A stretch of 59,072 nucleotides of DNA from Bryobacter sp. (GTDB lineage Bacteria > Acidobacteriota > Terriglobia > Bryobacterales > Bryobacteraceae): NCBI GenBank assembly GCA_044376335.1, contig JBIPMY010000001.1, positions 1-59,072 of the forward strand, given 5' to 3'. Every line of letters starts with the position of its first letter. Within the stretch, counting starts at the first letter, position 1. Below the pieces are notes generated by a model, which had not been told where the DNA came from, searched no databases, and saw only the letters and a program-made list of their open reading frames with translations. A program made the position numbers and the translations under genes. Positions 46,626 through 56,891 of this stretch are shown in pieces.

Positions 46626-48025
46626 CGAATGGCGCTCCTGGCCCAGGCAAGGATGGGTTCGGGGTTAATTCCGAGGGCGAGACTGAGGATCGCAGTTACG
46701 CCTACGGCAGCCCGCCAGCCGGTGCTCATTGTGACGACGCTGGTGGAATCTTCAGGCTTTTGAGTCATCTCGCGCACGATGCGGAAGTAGTAGTAAAGCG
46801 AGACTGCGACGTAGAGGGCGGCAACTACGGCGATCCAGTATTGACGGGCCTGAATGAGCGAGAGAAAGACCATGTACTTGGCCATGAAGCCGGCTGTTGG
46901 CGGCAGGCCGGCGAGTGAGACCAGCAGGATGATCATCATTAGAGCCACACCTGGGCTGCGGTAAAGCAGACCCTTGAAATCGTTAATGCCATCGCGGCTG
47001 AGGCCCGCGAGGAGCAGGAAGGCTCCGGTGGTCATGATGGTATAGACCAGCAGGTAGAGAAGGATTGCCTCGATGCCGGTTTGGTTGCCGGCGACAAGGC
47101 CAAGCAGGATGTAGCCGACATGGCCAATGCTCGAGTAGGCGAGCATGCGCTTGGCGCTCGTTTGGGTAATGGCAGCGATATTGCCGATGGTGAGGCTTGC
47201 GATGGCCGCAAAGGTAATGACGGCTTCCCAGGACGGGCGGAATTCGTGTAGCGGCCCGAGCAGCAATCGCAGAAGCAGGCCGAGGCTTGCGGCTTTGCTG
47301 GCGGTTGCCAAATACGCCGTGACGGGAGTGGGGGCGCCTTCATAAGCATCGGGTGCCCACATGTGTAGCGGAGCGGCAGCCACCTTAAAGAGAAGACCGA
47401 GGACAATCGGGATTACTGCCAGGAGGATGAGCGGATCGTTGGGGACGCGGTTGGTCAACATCGCCGTGATGCGCAGATAGTGTGTGGAGCCGGTGAGGCC
47501 GTAGAGAATCGAGAAGCCGTAGAGCAGCAGGCCGCTCGAGAATGCGCCAAGCAGCAGGTATTTGAGGGCAGCTTCATTCGAGCGGGGATTGGTGCGGAAG
47601 AAGCCCGTGAGGGTGTAGAAAGAAATAGCCGTGATCTCGAGGCCGATAAAGACGGTGATGAGTTCTGTACCGGAAATCATCAGGTACATGCCGGACTGTG
47701 CCAGCAGGATGAGTGAGTAAAATTCGGGGTGATCTTCATCGTGTGACTCAAGGTAGCGGTAAGCACCGATAGCCGAGAGCAGGGCGGCGGCAAGGCAGAC
47801 TGCGTTGAGGAAGAGGCCAAAGCGATCGATGAGAATCGAACCCTGAAAGCCGGTTAGGCCGAGGAAGTCAGATTGACGCCAGAGGCCGATGGCTGCGAGC
47901 GCTTCGCCAAAGCTGAGGAAAACGACATAGACGCGGCTGGATTCAAAGCGCATCAGCAGCAAGGCACAGCCGAATAAAGCGAAGATCAGCGCTGGAAGGA
48001 TCGAGAAGAAATCGTTGACTGGCAT
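46622..48025 (-). CDS. nuoN: NADH-quinone oxidoreductase subunit N
   Basis: EAALKYLLLG, FK.AAAP.H.WAPDAYEGAPTP, KRMLAYSSI.H, SLAGLPP. Confidence 0.94.
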   Translation of the reverse strand: MPVNDFFSILPALIFALFGCALLLMRFESSRVYVVFLSFGEALAAIGLWRQSDFLGLTGFQGSILIDRFGLFLNAVCLAAALLSAIGAYRYLESHDEDHPEFYSLILLAQSGMYLMISGTELITVFIGLEITAISFYTLTGFFRTNPRSNEAALKYLLLGAFSSGLLLYGFSILYGLTGSTHYLRITAMLTNRVPNDPLILLAVIPIVLGLLFKVAAAPLHMWAPDAYEGAPTPVTAYLATASKAASLGLLLRLLLGPLHEFRPSWEAVITFAAIASLTIGNIAAITQTSAKRMLAYSSIGHVGYILLGLVAGNQTGIEAILLYLLVYTIMTTGAFLLLAGLSRDGINDFKGLLYRSPGVALMMIILLVSLAGLPPTAGFMAKYMVFLSLIQARQYWIAVVAALYVAVSLYYYFRIVREMTQKPEDSTSVVTMSTGWRAAVGVTAILSLALGINPEPILAWARSAIR

Positions 48026-49441
48026 TTAGCGGTGCAGCCTTTCAACAATTTGTTCTACTGGCTGAGCAATGATCTGGAAGTAATAGGCGGGCTTGACACC
48101 GATCCAGATCGACCACGCAATCAAAGGTGCAGCGATGAGCCACTCGCGCGGGCCGAGATCTGGCAGATTGGCGTTGGCTTCGTTTGTTACCGGGCCGAGC
48201 ATGGTGTGCCGGTAAAGGCTGAGCATGTAGGCAGCAGCGAGAATGATGCCGATGACGGCCGTTGCAGCCCACCAGGGCTGCGCGAGATAGGCACCACGCA
48301 GGATCGTAAATTCACCGACGAAACCGTTGAGCAGCGGAAGGCCGATTGAACTGAGCAGGGCGATCATGAAGACGGCGGCAAAACCGGGCATACCTTTGGC
48401 GAGGCCACCGTAGTCTTTGATGATGCGGGTGTGGCGACGGTCGTAAGCAAAGCCGACCAGGAGGAAAAGCAGGCCGGTAGAGATGCCGTGATTGAGCTGT
48501 TGGATGATGCTACCGGAGATTCCGGTGGAGTTGAGCGTGAAGATGCCAAGGGTGCAGAAGCCGAGATGGCTCACTGAGGAGTAGGCGATGAGGCGCTTCC
48601 AGTCGGTTTGGGCCAGGCAGATCCAGCCGCCATAAAGAATCGCGACGATCGAAAGGCCGGCCAGGATTTGAGCATCGACGCTTGCTTTTGGAAGCAGGGG
48701 TAGAGAAAAGCGCAGGAAGCCGTAGGTTCCCATCTTGAGCATGACTGCGGCAAGCATCACCGAGCCGGCAGTGGGGGCTTGTGTGTGGGCGTCGGGCAAC
48801 CAGGTATGGAAGGGGAACATCGGAATCTTGATCGCGAAACCGAGAAAGAGTGCCCAGAAAACCAGGCGCTCGGTGGAGTCACTGAGCCTTGTGTTCAGAA
48901 GCGGGGTGAGATCGAAGGTGTAGACGCCCGTTTGGGCAGCATGTTGGAGGTAGAGGGTAAGGAAGCCGATGAGCAGGGCGATGCTGCCGGCGACGGTGTA
49001 GAGGAAGAACTTGAAGGCGGCCCGGCGACGGTCTTCTGCGCCATAGATGACGATCAGGAAGTACATCGGGATCAGGACTGCTTCAAAGCAGATGAAGAAG
49101 AGCAGAAGGTCGTGCGCGAGGAAGACACCGTGGCAGCCAGCGGCAAGAAGCAGCAGCATGGCATAGAAGGTACGTGGCATCTTTGGCGAAGCCAGAATGC
49201 CAAGAAGGGTCATCAGCGCCGTAAGAGTGACCAGCAGGTAGCTGATGCCGTCGACGCTAAGCAGGAACTGTGCGCCGATTGCTGGAATCCAGTTGTGGCG
49301 GATGGTAGCCGGGAAGTTGAGTGCGATGGCCTGAAGCAGCGTGGCGGCTGAGATAAAGATGGCGAAATACCAGGCGAGGCGCCTCGGTGTGAGCAACATC
49401 GCGAGTGCGCCAAGGATGGGGATGACCAGTAGAAGTGTCAT
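48026..49441 (-). CDS. nuoM: NADH-quinone oxidoreductase subunit M
   Basis: FE..LIPMYFLI, AIKIPMFPFHTWLPDAH, LKMGTYG, AYSSVSHLG, GFVGEF; ATGA overlap with nuoL. Confidence 0.95.
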   Translation of the reverse strand: MTLLLVIPILGALAMLLTPRRLAWYFAIFISAATLLQAIALNFPATIRHNWIPAIGAQFLLSVDGISYLLVTLTALMTLLGILASPKMPRTFYAMLLLLAAGCHGVFLAHDLLLFFICFEAVLIPMYFLIVIYGAEDRRRAAFKFFLYTVAGSIALLIGFLTLYLQHAAQTGVYTFDLTPLLNTRLSDSTERLVFWALFLGFAIKIPMFPFHTWLPDAHTQAPTAGSVMLAAVMLKMGTYGFLRFSLPLLPKASVDAQILAGLSIVAILYGGWICLAQTDWKRLIAYSSVSHLGFCTLGIFTLNSTGISGSIIQQLNHGISTGLLFLLVGFAYDRRHTRIIKDYGGLAKGMPGFAAVFMIALLSSIGLPLLNGFVGEFTILRGAYLAQPWWAATAVIGIILAAAYMLSLYRHTMLGPVTNEANANLPDLGPREWLIAAPLIAWSIWIGVKPAYYFQIIAQPVEQIVERLHR

Positions 49442-51231
49442 TGCAGCCAGTACCATCCGAAACTGATCGCTACGGTGATCACGATTACCAGCGCGTAGTT
49501 GTGGGTGCGCCCGGTTTGAGCCAGACGCAGCGGATAGCTGGCAAGCGAGAATAGTGCTGCTGTCACTTTGACAAGCCCGTCGACGATTGCGCCGTCAAAC
49601 CAACCGGATATGAGGCTGGCGGTTGAGGTAAAGAAGGCCGAAGCACGGGGCAGAAGATCGATGATGTTTCGGTCGATCCAGTTGAGCGTGGCAGAACCAC
49701 GGCCGGCTGCAGTCTTGACGAGAACCATCTCGTAGGTGTCGTTGATGAACCATTTGCGGGCAAAGAAAACCTTGAGCAGTTCTGGAAGGCGGATTTTCTG
49801 GCCGAGGTAGAGACCGGCAATTGAGACCAGTGCCGAGCCGATCATGATGGGCCAGGCGCCTTCCTGATGAGGGCCAAAGTAACCTGCGATAGCGCTGCCA
49901 ATGGCTAGAGGCCAAAGGGGGTGCAGCATGATGCCGTGGGCTTCGTGGGCTTCGCGATTGTAGACGCCGAAGAAGACGGCCCAGAGCATGCGGCTGACGT
50001 AGGCTGCAGTGATGAAACTGACGATGAATCCGACGGCGAGAAAGACGGGCGATTGTGAGGCTGCAATCAGGATGGCATCTTTGCTGAAGAATCCGGCCAG
50101 GCCAGGGAAACCGGCAAGGCTGAGGCCGGCGAGCACCATGAGGCGAAAGGTCCAGGGCATTTTGTCGCGAAGGCCGCCCATGTAGCGAATGTCCTGCTCA
50201 CCTTTGAGGGCGTGGATGATGTTGCCCGCGCAAAGGAAGAGAAGGGCTTTGAAGAAGGCGTGAGTGGCGACGTGGAAGATGGCGGCTTGGGTGGCACCAA
50301 GGCCGGCCGCCAGAAACATCAAGCCGAGTTGGCTGATGGTGGAGTAGGCAAGGATGCGCTTGATGTCGTGCTCTACCAGGGCGATGGTTGCGGCAATGAA
50401 TGCAGTAGCTGCACCGATTACGGCAATAAAGAGACCGGCATCGGGATTGGCAGCCAGGAAGGGAGCAAGGCGGGCAAAGAGGTAGATGCCGGCAGTGACC
50501 ATCGTGGCCGCGTGGATGAGGGCTGAGACGGGAGTAGGGCCAACCATGGCATCCGGAAGCCAGACGAAAAGCGGCAGTTGGGCAGACTTGCCAGTGGCAC
50601 CCAGGGCAAGCAGTAGGGCAGCGGCGAGCATCAGGGGGCTTGCCGGGAGTTGGTTGATCGCTGTGAATTCGGTGGTGCCCGCGGTGGTGAGCAGGATGAG
50701 TGTGCCGATCAGGAAGCCAGCGTCTCCCGCCCGGTTGTAGAGGAAGGCCTTATTGGCGTTGCGATTGACGGTAGGACGGTCATGGTGGAAGCCAATCAGC
50801 AGGTAGCTGGCGAGGCCGACGCCTTCCCAACCGGCAAAGAGGACAACCAGATTGCTCGCCATGACCAGGAGCAGCATGAAGAAGACAAAGAAATTCAGGT
50901 AGGCGAAGTAGCGCCAGAAGCCAGGCTCTTTGTCCATGTAGCCGATCGAATAGACATGGATCAGAAAGCCGATGCCGGTGATGATCAGCACCATCAGCAG
51001 CGAGAGATCGTCGGCGACAAAGCGAAAGGCGATGCCGGGCATCCACTGGTAGAGGGTGTGATCGAGCGCACCTCCCCGAGGGCTGCTGTAAACCACAAGG
51101 CCATGAAGGAAGGCGGCGAGAATTGCAGCGGGGCCAATCACCGCGCCGCCACGACGCAGGACAGCAATCAGCAGCGAGCCGATGAAAGGGTAGAGAGGGA
51201 TCCACCAGAAATTGGAGACGAGGTTCACCAT
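49438..51231 (-). CDS. nuoL: NADH-quinone oxidoreductase subunit L
   Basis: [55 protein letters not shown]. Confidence 0.95.
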   Translation of the reverse strand: MVNLVSNFWWIPLYPFIGSLLIAVLRRGGAVIGPAAILAAFLHGLVVYSSPRGGALDHTLYQWMPGIAFRFVADDLSLLMVLIITGIGFLIHVYSIGYMDKEPGFWRYFAYLNFFVFFMLLLVMASNLVVLFAGWEGVGLASYLLIGFHHDRPTVNRNANKAFLYNRAGDAGFLIGTLILLTTAGTTEFTAINQLPASPLMLAAALLLALGATGKSAQLPLFVWLPDAMVGPTPVSALIHAATMVTAGIYLFARLAPFLAANPDAGLFIAVIGAATAFIAATIALVEHDIKRILAYSTISQLGLMFLAAGLGATQAAIFHVATHAFFKALLFLCAGNIIHALKGEQDIRYMGGLRDKMPWTFRLMVLAGLSLAGFPGLAGFFSKDAILIAASQSPVFLAVGFIVSFITAAYVSRMLWAVFFGVYNREAHEAHGIMLHPLWPLAIGSAIAGYFGPHQEGAWPIMIGSALVSIAGLYLGQKIRLPELLKVFFARKWFINDTYEMVLVKTAAGRGSATLNWIDRNIIDLLPRASAFFTSTASLISGWFDGAIVDGLVKVTAALFSLASYPLRLAQTGRTHNYALVIVITVAISFGWYWLQ

Positions 51232-51539
51232 TTGAGCAGGTCGATCTCGTCTGAAAGCACCGTTCCGCGGTTGCGGAAGAGTGCGATAAGGATGCCAAGG
51301 CCAACGGCAGCTTCGGCAACAGCCACTGTTATGACGAAGATGGCAAAGACTTGTCCGGTAACGTGCTGCCAGTGGCGTGAGAAGGCAACCAGATTGATGT
51401 TTACGGCATTAAGAATGAGCTCAATCGACATCAGCATGATGATGACGTTGCGGCGCATGAGCAGGCCTACAGCGCCGATCAGAAGAAGAGCTGCACTCAG
51501 CACCAGGTAATGGCCGGTGGTGATTGGCGTCAAGCTCAT
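51225..51539 (-). CDS. nuoK: NADH-quinone oxidoreductase subunit K
   Basis: [24 protein letters not shown]. Confidence 0.96.
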   Translation of the reverse strand: MSLTPITTGHYLVLSAALLLIGAVGLLMRRNVIIMLMSIELILNAVNINLVAFSRHWQHVTGQVFAIFVITVAVAEAAVGLGILIALFRNRGTVLSDEIDLLKW

Positions 51540-52045
51540 TCAGCCACCTCTTTTTTCTTTGCCATCCAGACAGCTCCTACGATTGCGATCAGCAGGAGCA
51601 GCGAGGCTGCTTCAAAGGGGAGGGCATAGACGTAGAAGAGCGAGTCTGCAATGCGCTCGGTGTTGCCGGGTGCATTGAGACGGGGGGCTGGGCTTGCGGG
51701 AAGGCTGGGGAAGCCGGCATTCAGAAAAGTGGCAATTTCGATAAAGACAGCCAGCAGAGCGGCAATAGCGACAGGCCATTGGCGGCTGTACTGGCGGAGC
51801 CTGGCTGCTTCTTCCAGGTGGATCAACATGATCACAAAGAGAAAGAGCACCATGACGCCACCAACATACAGCAGAATCTGGACGGCGAAGAGAAACTCTG
51901 CCGCTTGCAGGAGGAAGAGCCCGGCGATGCCAAGAAGCGACGCAATGAGACTGATGGCGCAATGAATGGGATTGCGCAGCGTAACGGTTGCGAGAGCACC
52001 GGCGAGAGTGATGGCAGCGAAAATGTAAAAGAGGGCGGCGTCCAT
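51536..52045 (-). CDS. nuoJ: NADH-quinone oxidoreductase subunit J
   Basis: [34 protein letters not shown]. Confidence 0.95.
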   Translation of the reverse strand: MDAALFYIFAAITLAGALATVTLRNPIHCAISLIASLLGIAGLFLLQAAEFLFAVQILLYVGGVMVLFLFVIMLIHLEEAARLRQYSRQWPVAIAALLAVFIEIATFLNAGFPSLPASPAPRLNAPGNTERIADSLFYVYALPFEAASLLLLIAIVGAVWMAKKKEVAE

Positions 52046-52500
52046 TAGCGGGTGTATTTAGTGGGCCGGGGGCCTTCTTCGAGCATTTGACGATCCCAGA
52101 TGAGACCCTCGCGAGTGTAGGATGCCATTTCAAAGTCCTGGGTGAGTTCGAGAGCGTCGACGGGGCAGGCGTCCTCGCAAAGGCCACAGAACATGCAGCG
52201 GGAGAGATCGTAGGTGAAATAGGTGAGATCGAGGCGACGTGTTTCTTTGTTGCGCTCGGTGCCAACGACGATCAGGTTTTCAGGGCAAGCCTTCGCGCAA
52301 AGATCACAGCCGATGCAGAGGGTTTCGCTGTTGTCGGGATTGATATTGAGGCGCGGCGCGCCGCGATAGCGCTCGCCAATTTTCGGAATCTCTTTTGGGT
52401 ACTCCTCGGTGGTGATATTGCTGGTACGCTGCATCTTGAAGGTGACCCAGAGGCCCTGCAGGAGGTCGAGGAGGAAGATCCTTTTGATGGTTTCTAGCAT
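52045..52500 (-). CDS. nuoI: NADH-quinone oxidoreductase subunit I
   Basis: T.EYP, RYRG, CIGCDLCAKACP, CMFCGLCEDACP. Confidence 0.95.
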   Translation of the reverse strand: MLETIKRIFLLDLLQGLWVTFKMQRTSNITTEEYPKEIPKIGERYRGAPRLNINPDNSETLCIGCDLCAKACPENLIVVGTERNKETRRLDLTYFTYDLSRCMFCGLCEDACPVDALELTQDFEMASYTREGLIWDRQMLEEGPRPTKYTR

Positions 52501-52518
52501 TTTGAGTGCGTCTCCCTA

Positions 52519-53631
52519 TTATCTGTCGACCTCACCGAGCACGATGTCGATCGTACCGATGATGGCGACTACGTCGGCAACCAGTGCGCCGACAGCCATT
52601 TTTTCGAGGGAAGCGAGGTTGATGAAGCTGGGTGGGCGCACTCGCAGGCGGTAAGGATGGAGAGAACCGTCAGAGACGATGTAGTAACCGAGCTCGCCCT
52701 TGGGTGCTTCGATTGAAACGTAAACTTCTCCGGGGGGCGGTTTTAAGACCTTGGGTACCTTGGCCATGATTGCACCCGATGGGATTTTGTCGAGAGCCTG
52801 GTCGATGATGCGGAGGCTTTGGCGCATCTCATCGATGCGGACGAGGTAGCGATCGTAGGAATCAGCGCCCTGGCGGGTTGGGATGTCGAAATCGAACTGG
52901 TCGTAGCCGGAATAGGGTTGCGATTTTCGAAGATCCCAGGCAAGGCCAGCGGCCCGGATCATCGGGCCGGAAACTCCCCAGGATTTGCACTCCTCAGCCG
53001 TGAGGACGCCGACGCCTTTGAGGCGCTCAATCCAGATCGGATTGTTGGTGAGGAGCTGGTCGTATTCGTCCAGCCGCTTCTTGAACATCTCGGAGAAGGC
53101 GCGGGTTTCGGCCTCAAAGGTGTCGTGCAGTTCGTACTGCAGGCCACCGATGCGAAAGGCGTGTGTGGTGAGGCGCGCACCGCAATAGTTTTCAAAAATC
53201 TTGAGTACTTCTTCGCGCTCGCGGAGGCAATAGAAGAGGGCGGTCATGGCGCCGAGATCGAGGGCGCTGGTACCGAGCCAGAGCAGATGGGAGGCAATGC
53301 GGTTGAGTTCTGCGAAGATGACACGCACGATCTGGGCGCGTGGTGGGGCCTCGACACCGATCAGGCCTTCAACGGCCAGGCAGTAGCCGAGCCCGTTTGA
53401 GACGGCCGAAATGTAATCCATCCGGTCAACGTAGGGGGCGAACTGCGTGTAGGTTCGGTTCTCGCCGATTTTTTCGACGCCCCGGTGCAGATAGCCGATG
53501 ACGCATTCGACAGCCTTGACACGCTCGCCATCCAGTTTGAGCACAAGGCGAAGCACCCCGTGGGTTGACGGGTGTTGCGGGCCCATGTTGAGCACCATCT
53601 CGGAGGTTTCAAGATGATTGACAGATTCCAT
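52519..53631 (-). CDS. nuoD: NADH-quinone oxidoreductase subunit D
   Basis: [43 protein letters not shown]; no NiFe CxxC motifs. Confidence 0.97.
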   Translation of the reverse strand: MESVNHLETSEMVLNMGPQHPSTHGVLRLVLKLDGERVKAVECVIGYLHRGVEKIGENRTYTQFAPYVDRMDYISAVSNGLGYCLAVEGLIGVEAPPRAQIVRVIFAELNRIASHLLWLGTSALDLGAMTALFYCLREREEVLKIFENYCGARLTTHAFRIGGLQYELHDTFEAETRAFSEMFKKRLDEYDQLLTNNPIWIERLKGVGVLTAEECKSWGVSGPMIRAAGLAWDLRKSQPYSGYDQFDFDIPTRQGADSYDRYLVRIDEMRQSLRIIDQALDKIPSGAIMAKVPKVLKPPPGEVYVSIEAPKGELGYYIVSDGSLHPYRLRVRPPSFINLASLEKMAVGALVADVVAIIGTIDIVLGEVDR

Positions 53632-54167
53632 TACTGGCCGCTCTCAATTCCAAGATTGTTTTGGACCCAGGTTTGATCCATGTCGAGGATATTCACTTCT
53701 TTGCGCAGAGGGAAGCCCTGCCAGTCATCCGGCATCAGGATTCGCTTGAGATTGGGGTGGCCGGCAAAGTGGATTCCGAACATGTCGAAGATTTCTCGCT
53801 CTAGCCAGTTTGCCGCCAGGTACACGTTGCTGAGGGATTGGGGGTGAAACGATTCGGGAAAGCGAGTTTTGATGCGCACGCGCCGATTGTGAGTAAAGGA
53901 GTAGAGTATGGCCACGAGTTCAAATCGGGCTTCGTCTTTGGGGTAATCGAGGGCGGTGAGGTCGCAGAGATAGTCAAAAGCATGCTCGTCGCGAAGAAAG
54001 GCAACGACATTGTGGAATTCGCTTGGGGTAGTTTCGGCGAAGGGTTGACCCCGGAAGGACTCCGTTTTCAAGATCGCCTGAGCAAATTTGGAGTGGAGAT
54101 GGCCGGAAAGGCTGTCTTCCCAAGCTTCCGTGGCCATAACCGGAACCGGTTTGGCTTCATGAGACAT
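53631..54167 (-). CDS. nuoC: NADH-quinone oxidoreductase subunit C
   Basis: [34 protein letters not shown]. Confidence 0.95.
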   Translation of the reverse strand: MSHEAKPVPVMATEAWEDSLSGHLHSKFAQAILKTESFRGQPFAETTPSEFHNVVAFLRDEHAFDYLCDLTALDYPKDEARFELVAILYSFTHNRRVRIKTRFPESFHPQSLSNVYLAANWLEREIFDMFGIHFAGHPNLKRILMPDDWQGFPLRKEVNILDMDQTWVQNNLGIESGQ

Positions 54168-54222
54168 GATGAAACTTTCAGGTTCGCACAGTTTTGTGTT
54201 GAAATTTAGAGTGAAGAACGAA

Positions 54223-54621
54223 ATGGCTCAGAACAGTGTTGAACAATTACGCGCGACGAACCGGGTGGTTCCTGTATCCAAGGAGGATGAGGGAAGGAGT
54301 TGGGCGAAGATCTCAAATGGGGTCTATGGCTTTACATATACTCCCGCCAGCTCGGATGGGGGCATCTTTATCAAGCAACCCCGCCAGAGCTATGAAATGC
54401 ACAAGCTTGCCGATGGCAGCTTGTTGATTCTTGGCTACACAACGGCAGAATTTGCTGCAAAACTCGAGTCCAAGGGTGCGCAGGATATTGAACTCTACCC
54501 CGAATCCCGGGCCGAATTTACCCAATTGGTAACGGTTCCTCACGCACGAATCGTGAGCTCAAAAGCTTTGGACCGCGATGATTTCAACAAGCTGAAGGTT
54601 GGCTTGAAGCCACTGGCATAG
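54223..54621 (+). CDS. Hypothetical protein divergent from nuoC
   Basis: Protein-like ORF filling the gap; ATG 54223 preferred; followed by hairpin GGGGCT-tt-AGCCCC. Confidence 0.65.
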   Translation: MAQNSVEQLRATNRVVPVSKEDEGRSWAKISNGVYGFTYTPASSDGGIFIKQPRQSYEMHKLADGSLLILGYTTAEFAAKLESKGAQDIELYPESRAEFTQLVTVPHARIVSSKALDRDDFNKLKVGLKPLA

Positions 54622-54704
54622 GCCAATTGGCATTGGGGCTTTAGCCCCTGAAAATAGACGCGGCATACGTAGCAACTCTCTGGTTGGTCGATAGAGCATG
54701 TTAG

Positions 54705-55244
54705 ATGGGAACCCATGCTCCGCGAATTGGAGAGTTGGCGGATTTGTTTGTCCGCGAACTGGTTACGGCTGCCGCGCCGAAACATCCACATTTTGTAATA
54801 CGAACGAAGGCCCGGGCTGAAGCGCAGGTGCGTGAGCGTCTGCTTGCCTACGGGTTTAAGCCTCTGAGCCTGCGTTTTTTGCCGGGCTATCTATTTGTGC
54901 GTTTTCACCCATCACAACGACTGCAGATTGGGGTTATCGCCGGGGTGCATTCCATCGTGGGTTTTGCAGCACAACCCTCAGCGGTTGATGAAGAAGAACT
55001 GGAAGCTCTGGTGCGGGTATCGGAAACACGGCTTCCTGTTGGGCCAGCACCATTTCCAGCAATGGGGAGGCCGTGCCGGCTGATTGCCGGGCCGCTCGAA
55101 GGTGTGCGGGTGGTGCTGATGGCGGTGCGGGAAAAACCAATGGTTGTGATGAGCCTCAGCCTTCTGCAGCGCAGCATCGCTGTTGAGGTAGAAGCCGATT
55201 GGGTGGGCCCCTTTCGGCCAGCCAGCATGAGCGCGATTCGTTAA
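54705..55244 (+). CDS. NusG paralog (RfaH/UpxY-like antiterminator)
   Basis: F.IRTK.RAE..V, PGYLFVRF, GV..IVGF, KOW-like G..CRLIAGPLEG, LLQRS.AVE; first gene of an EPS-type cluster. Confidence 0.8.
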   Translation: MGTHAPRIGELADLFVRELVTAAAPKHPHFVIRTKARAEAQVRERLLAYGFKPLSLRFLPGYLFVRFHPSQRLQIGVIAGVHSIVGFAAQPSAVDEEELEALVRVSETRLPVGPAPFPAMGRPCRLIAGPLEGVRVVLMAVREKPMVVMSLSLLQRSIAVEVEADWVGPFRPASMSAIR

Positions 55245-55263
55245 AGGTATCAGGAGAAAAAAG

Positions 55264-56220
55264 ATGCGTTACTTACTATTTTTGGCACTTGGATCGCTAG
55301 CTGCGGGCCAAACATTACCCCAACAGCAATTAAACGGGCCGACGGTTGTGAACTCTAATCTCCCGTCTCAGCGGATTGGCGCAAATGACCTCTTGAACGT
55401 GAGTGTCTATGGTGCACCAGAATTGTCGCGAACAGTACGGGTAAGCCAGGAGGGATCGATCCAGATCCCGATGCTGAAAGCCAGTTTTCCAGCGGAAGGT
55501 AAATTTCCCGGTGAACTGGAAGGCCTGATTGCTTCGGCTCTGGAAAAAGGCAAGATTCTGGTGGACCCTGTTGTGACGGTGACAGTGGCTGAGTATGTAA
55601 GCCGACCGATCAGTGTGATTGGCGCAGTAAAGCAGCCTCTTACTTTTCAGGCATTTGGCAACATATCGCTACTCGATGCGCTGAGCAGGGCCGGCGGATT
55701 GACGACCGATGCAGGCGCTGAAATCCTGCTCAGCCGAACCCAAACTGCACCAGGAGCAGAGAAGCAAAGCAGTCTCGCGTTGCGGATTCCTGTAAAGCAA
55801 TTGATTGATCAGGCAGATGGAAGTCTCAACTTTCAACTTCGTGGCGGTGAAGAGATTCGGGTACCCGAGGCGAGCAGAATTTTTGTCATGGGCAACGTAA
55901 AAAAGCCTGGGGCGTTTGCGATGCGTGACAGCTACGATTCGACAGTATTGAAAGTGCTGGCCTTGAGTGAAGGATTGCTTCCCTTTGCAATGGATGAGGC
56001 TTTCATCTACCGCCGCGAGGGTGCTGAGAATGGACGCAACGAAATCGCGATTCCACTGGCGAAGATCCTGGCGAGAAAATCCCCAGACGTGCCACTCCTT
56101 CCAAATGATGTGCTTTATGTGCCGGATAACAAGAGCCGCCGGATGACGATGTCCATGGTGGACCGTCTGGTGACTTTTGGTGCTGGGACGGCTAGCGGAA
56201 TGCTGGTTTGGCGTCGATAA
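55264..56220 (+). CDS. Polysaccharide export protein (Poly_export + SLBB; Wza/OPX-like)
   Basis: IG.NDLL.VSVYG.PELS, VIGAVKQP, L..AGGL, V.G.VKKPG, L.PNDVLYVP. Confidence 0.9.
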   Translation: MRYLLFLALGSLAAGQTLPQQQLNGPTVVNSNLPSQRIGANDLLNVSVYGAPELSRTVRVSQEGSIQIPMLKASFPAEGKFPGELEGLIASALEKGKILVDPVVTVTVAEYVSRPISVIGAVKQPLTFQAFGNISLLDALSRAGGLTTDAGAEILLSRTQTAPGAEKQSSLALRIPVKQLIDQADGSLNFQLRGGEEIRVPEASRIFVMGNVKKPGAFAMRDSYDSTVLKVLALSEGLLPFAMDEAFIYRREGAENGRNEIAIPLAKILARKSPDVPLLPNDVLYVPDNKSRRMTMSMVDRLVTFGAGTASGMLVWRR

Positions 56221-56233
56221 GAATGGGCAGCGT

Positions 56234-56878
56234 ATGCTGAAGCCCGATGAAGAAACCCAAGTGTTGGAAGTCCGGCACTCGGAAGAACGGCACGAAGTGC
56301 AAAGTATCTCGCTTTGCCTCGCCTCGTTGCTTTTGATACTCGGTCTGGGCTACGGCCTTTGGCAGCTTATGCAGGAACCGGCTGTTCTTGCCAGTTCGCT
56401 CTCGGGGTCGCATTTGGGGGCAGACGAAGGGCCAATCATTGCTTCCTCGCCAAACCGCATCGAGCCAGAAGAGGGCGGGAGTCCTGCCAAGATTGCGGCC
56501 CCTGGTGAGCAGCTTTCTGGAATTTGGACCTATACGATCAACCCGGGAGAAGCTCCTGCGAAGTGGTCTTATGCTGCACAGTTTGTACACCTCGAACTGG
56601 GTGTGCAAAATGGCAAGTTGTCAGGCACATACAGATCGCGTTATAAGATTCCAGATCAGACGAATCAGGCAGAGTTGAATTTTGAGTTTAGCGGCGCGGC
56701 CAAAGGCAGGAGATTTGATTGGGTGAATCGGCAGGGGAAGGGAGAAATTTATCTAAGCCTGCAGGCCGGGGGCGTGATGAATGTTTCCTGGAAAGCACAT
56801 AGGAATGCTGGGGTAGGAGGCTTGGCTGCAGGATCTACAAGTCTGGTTCGAAGAAGCGATAGTTTCGTACGTCGGTGA
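56234..56878 (+). CDS. Hypothetical single-TM protein with beta-rich C-terminal domain
   Basis: One hydrophobic helix, a Pro/Ser linker, then alternating beta-strand patterns; lies in the EPS operon. Confidence 0.65.
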   Translation: MLKPDEETQVLEVRHSEERHEVQSISLCLASLLLILGLGYGLWQLMQEPAVLASSLSGSHLGADEGPIIASSPNRIEPEEGGSPAKIAAPGEQLSGIWTYTINPGEAPAKWSYAAQFVHLELGVQNGKLSGTYRSRYKIPDQTNQAELNFEFSGAAKGRRFDWVNRQGKGEIYLSLQAGGVMNVSWKAHRNAGVGGLAAGSTSLVRRSDSFVRR

Positions 56879-56891
56879 TAATCGGAGAGCA

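Noticed and set aside
52519-53631. Group 4 NiFe hydrogenase large subunit
   Set aside because: No N- or C-terminal CxxC motifs; canonical NuoD motifs are present.
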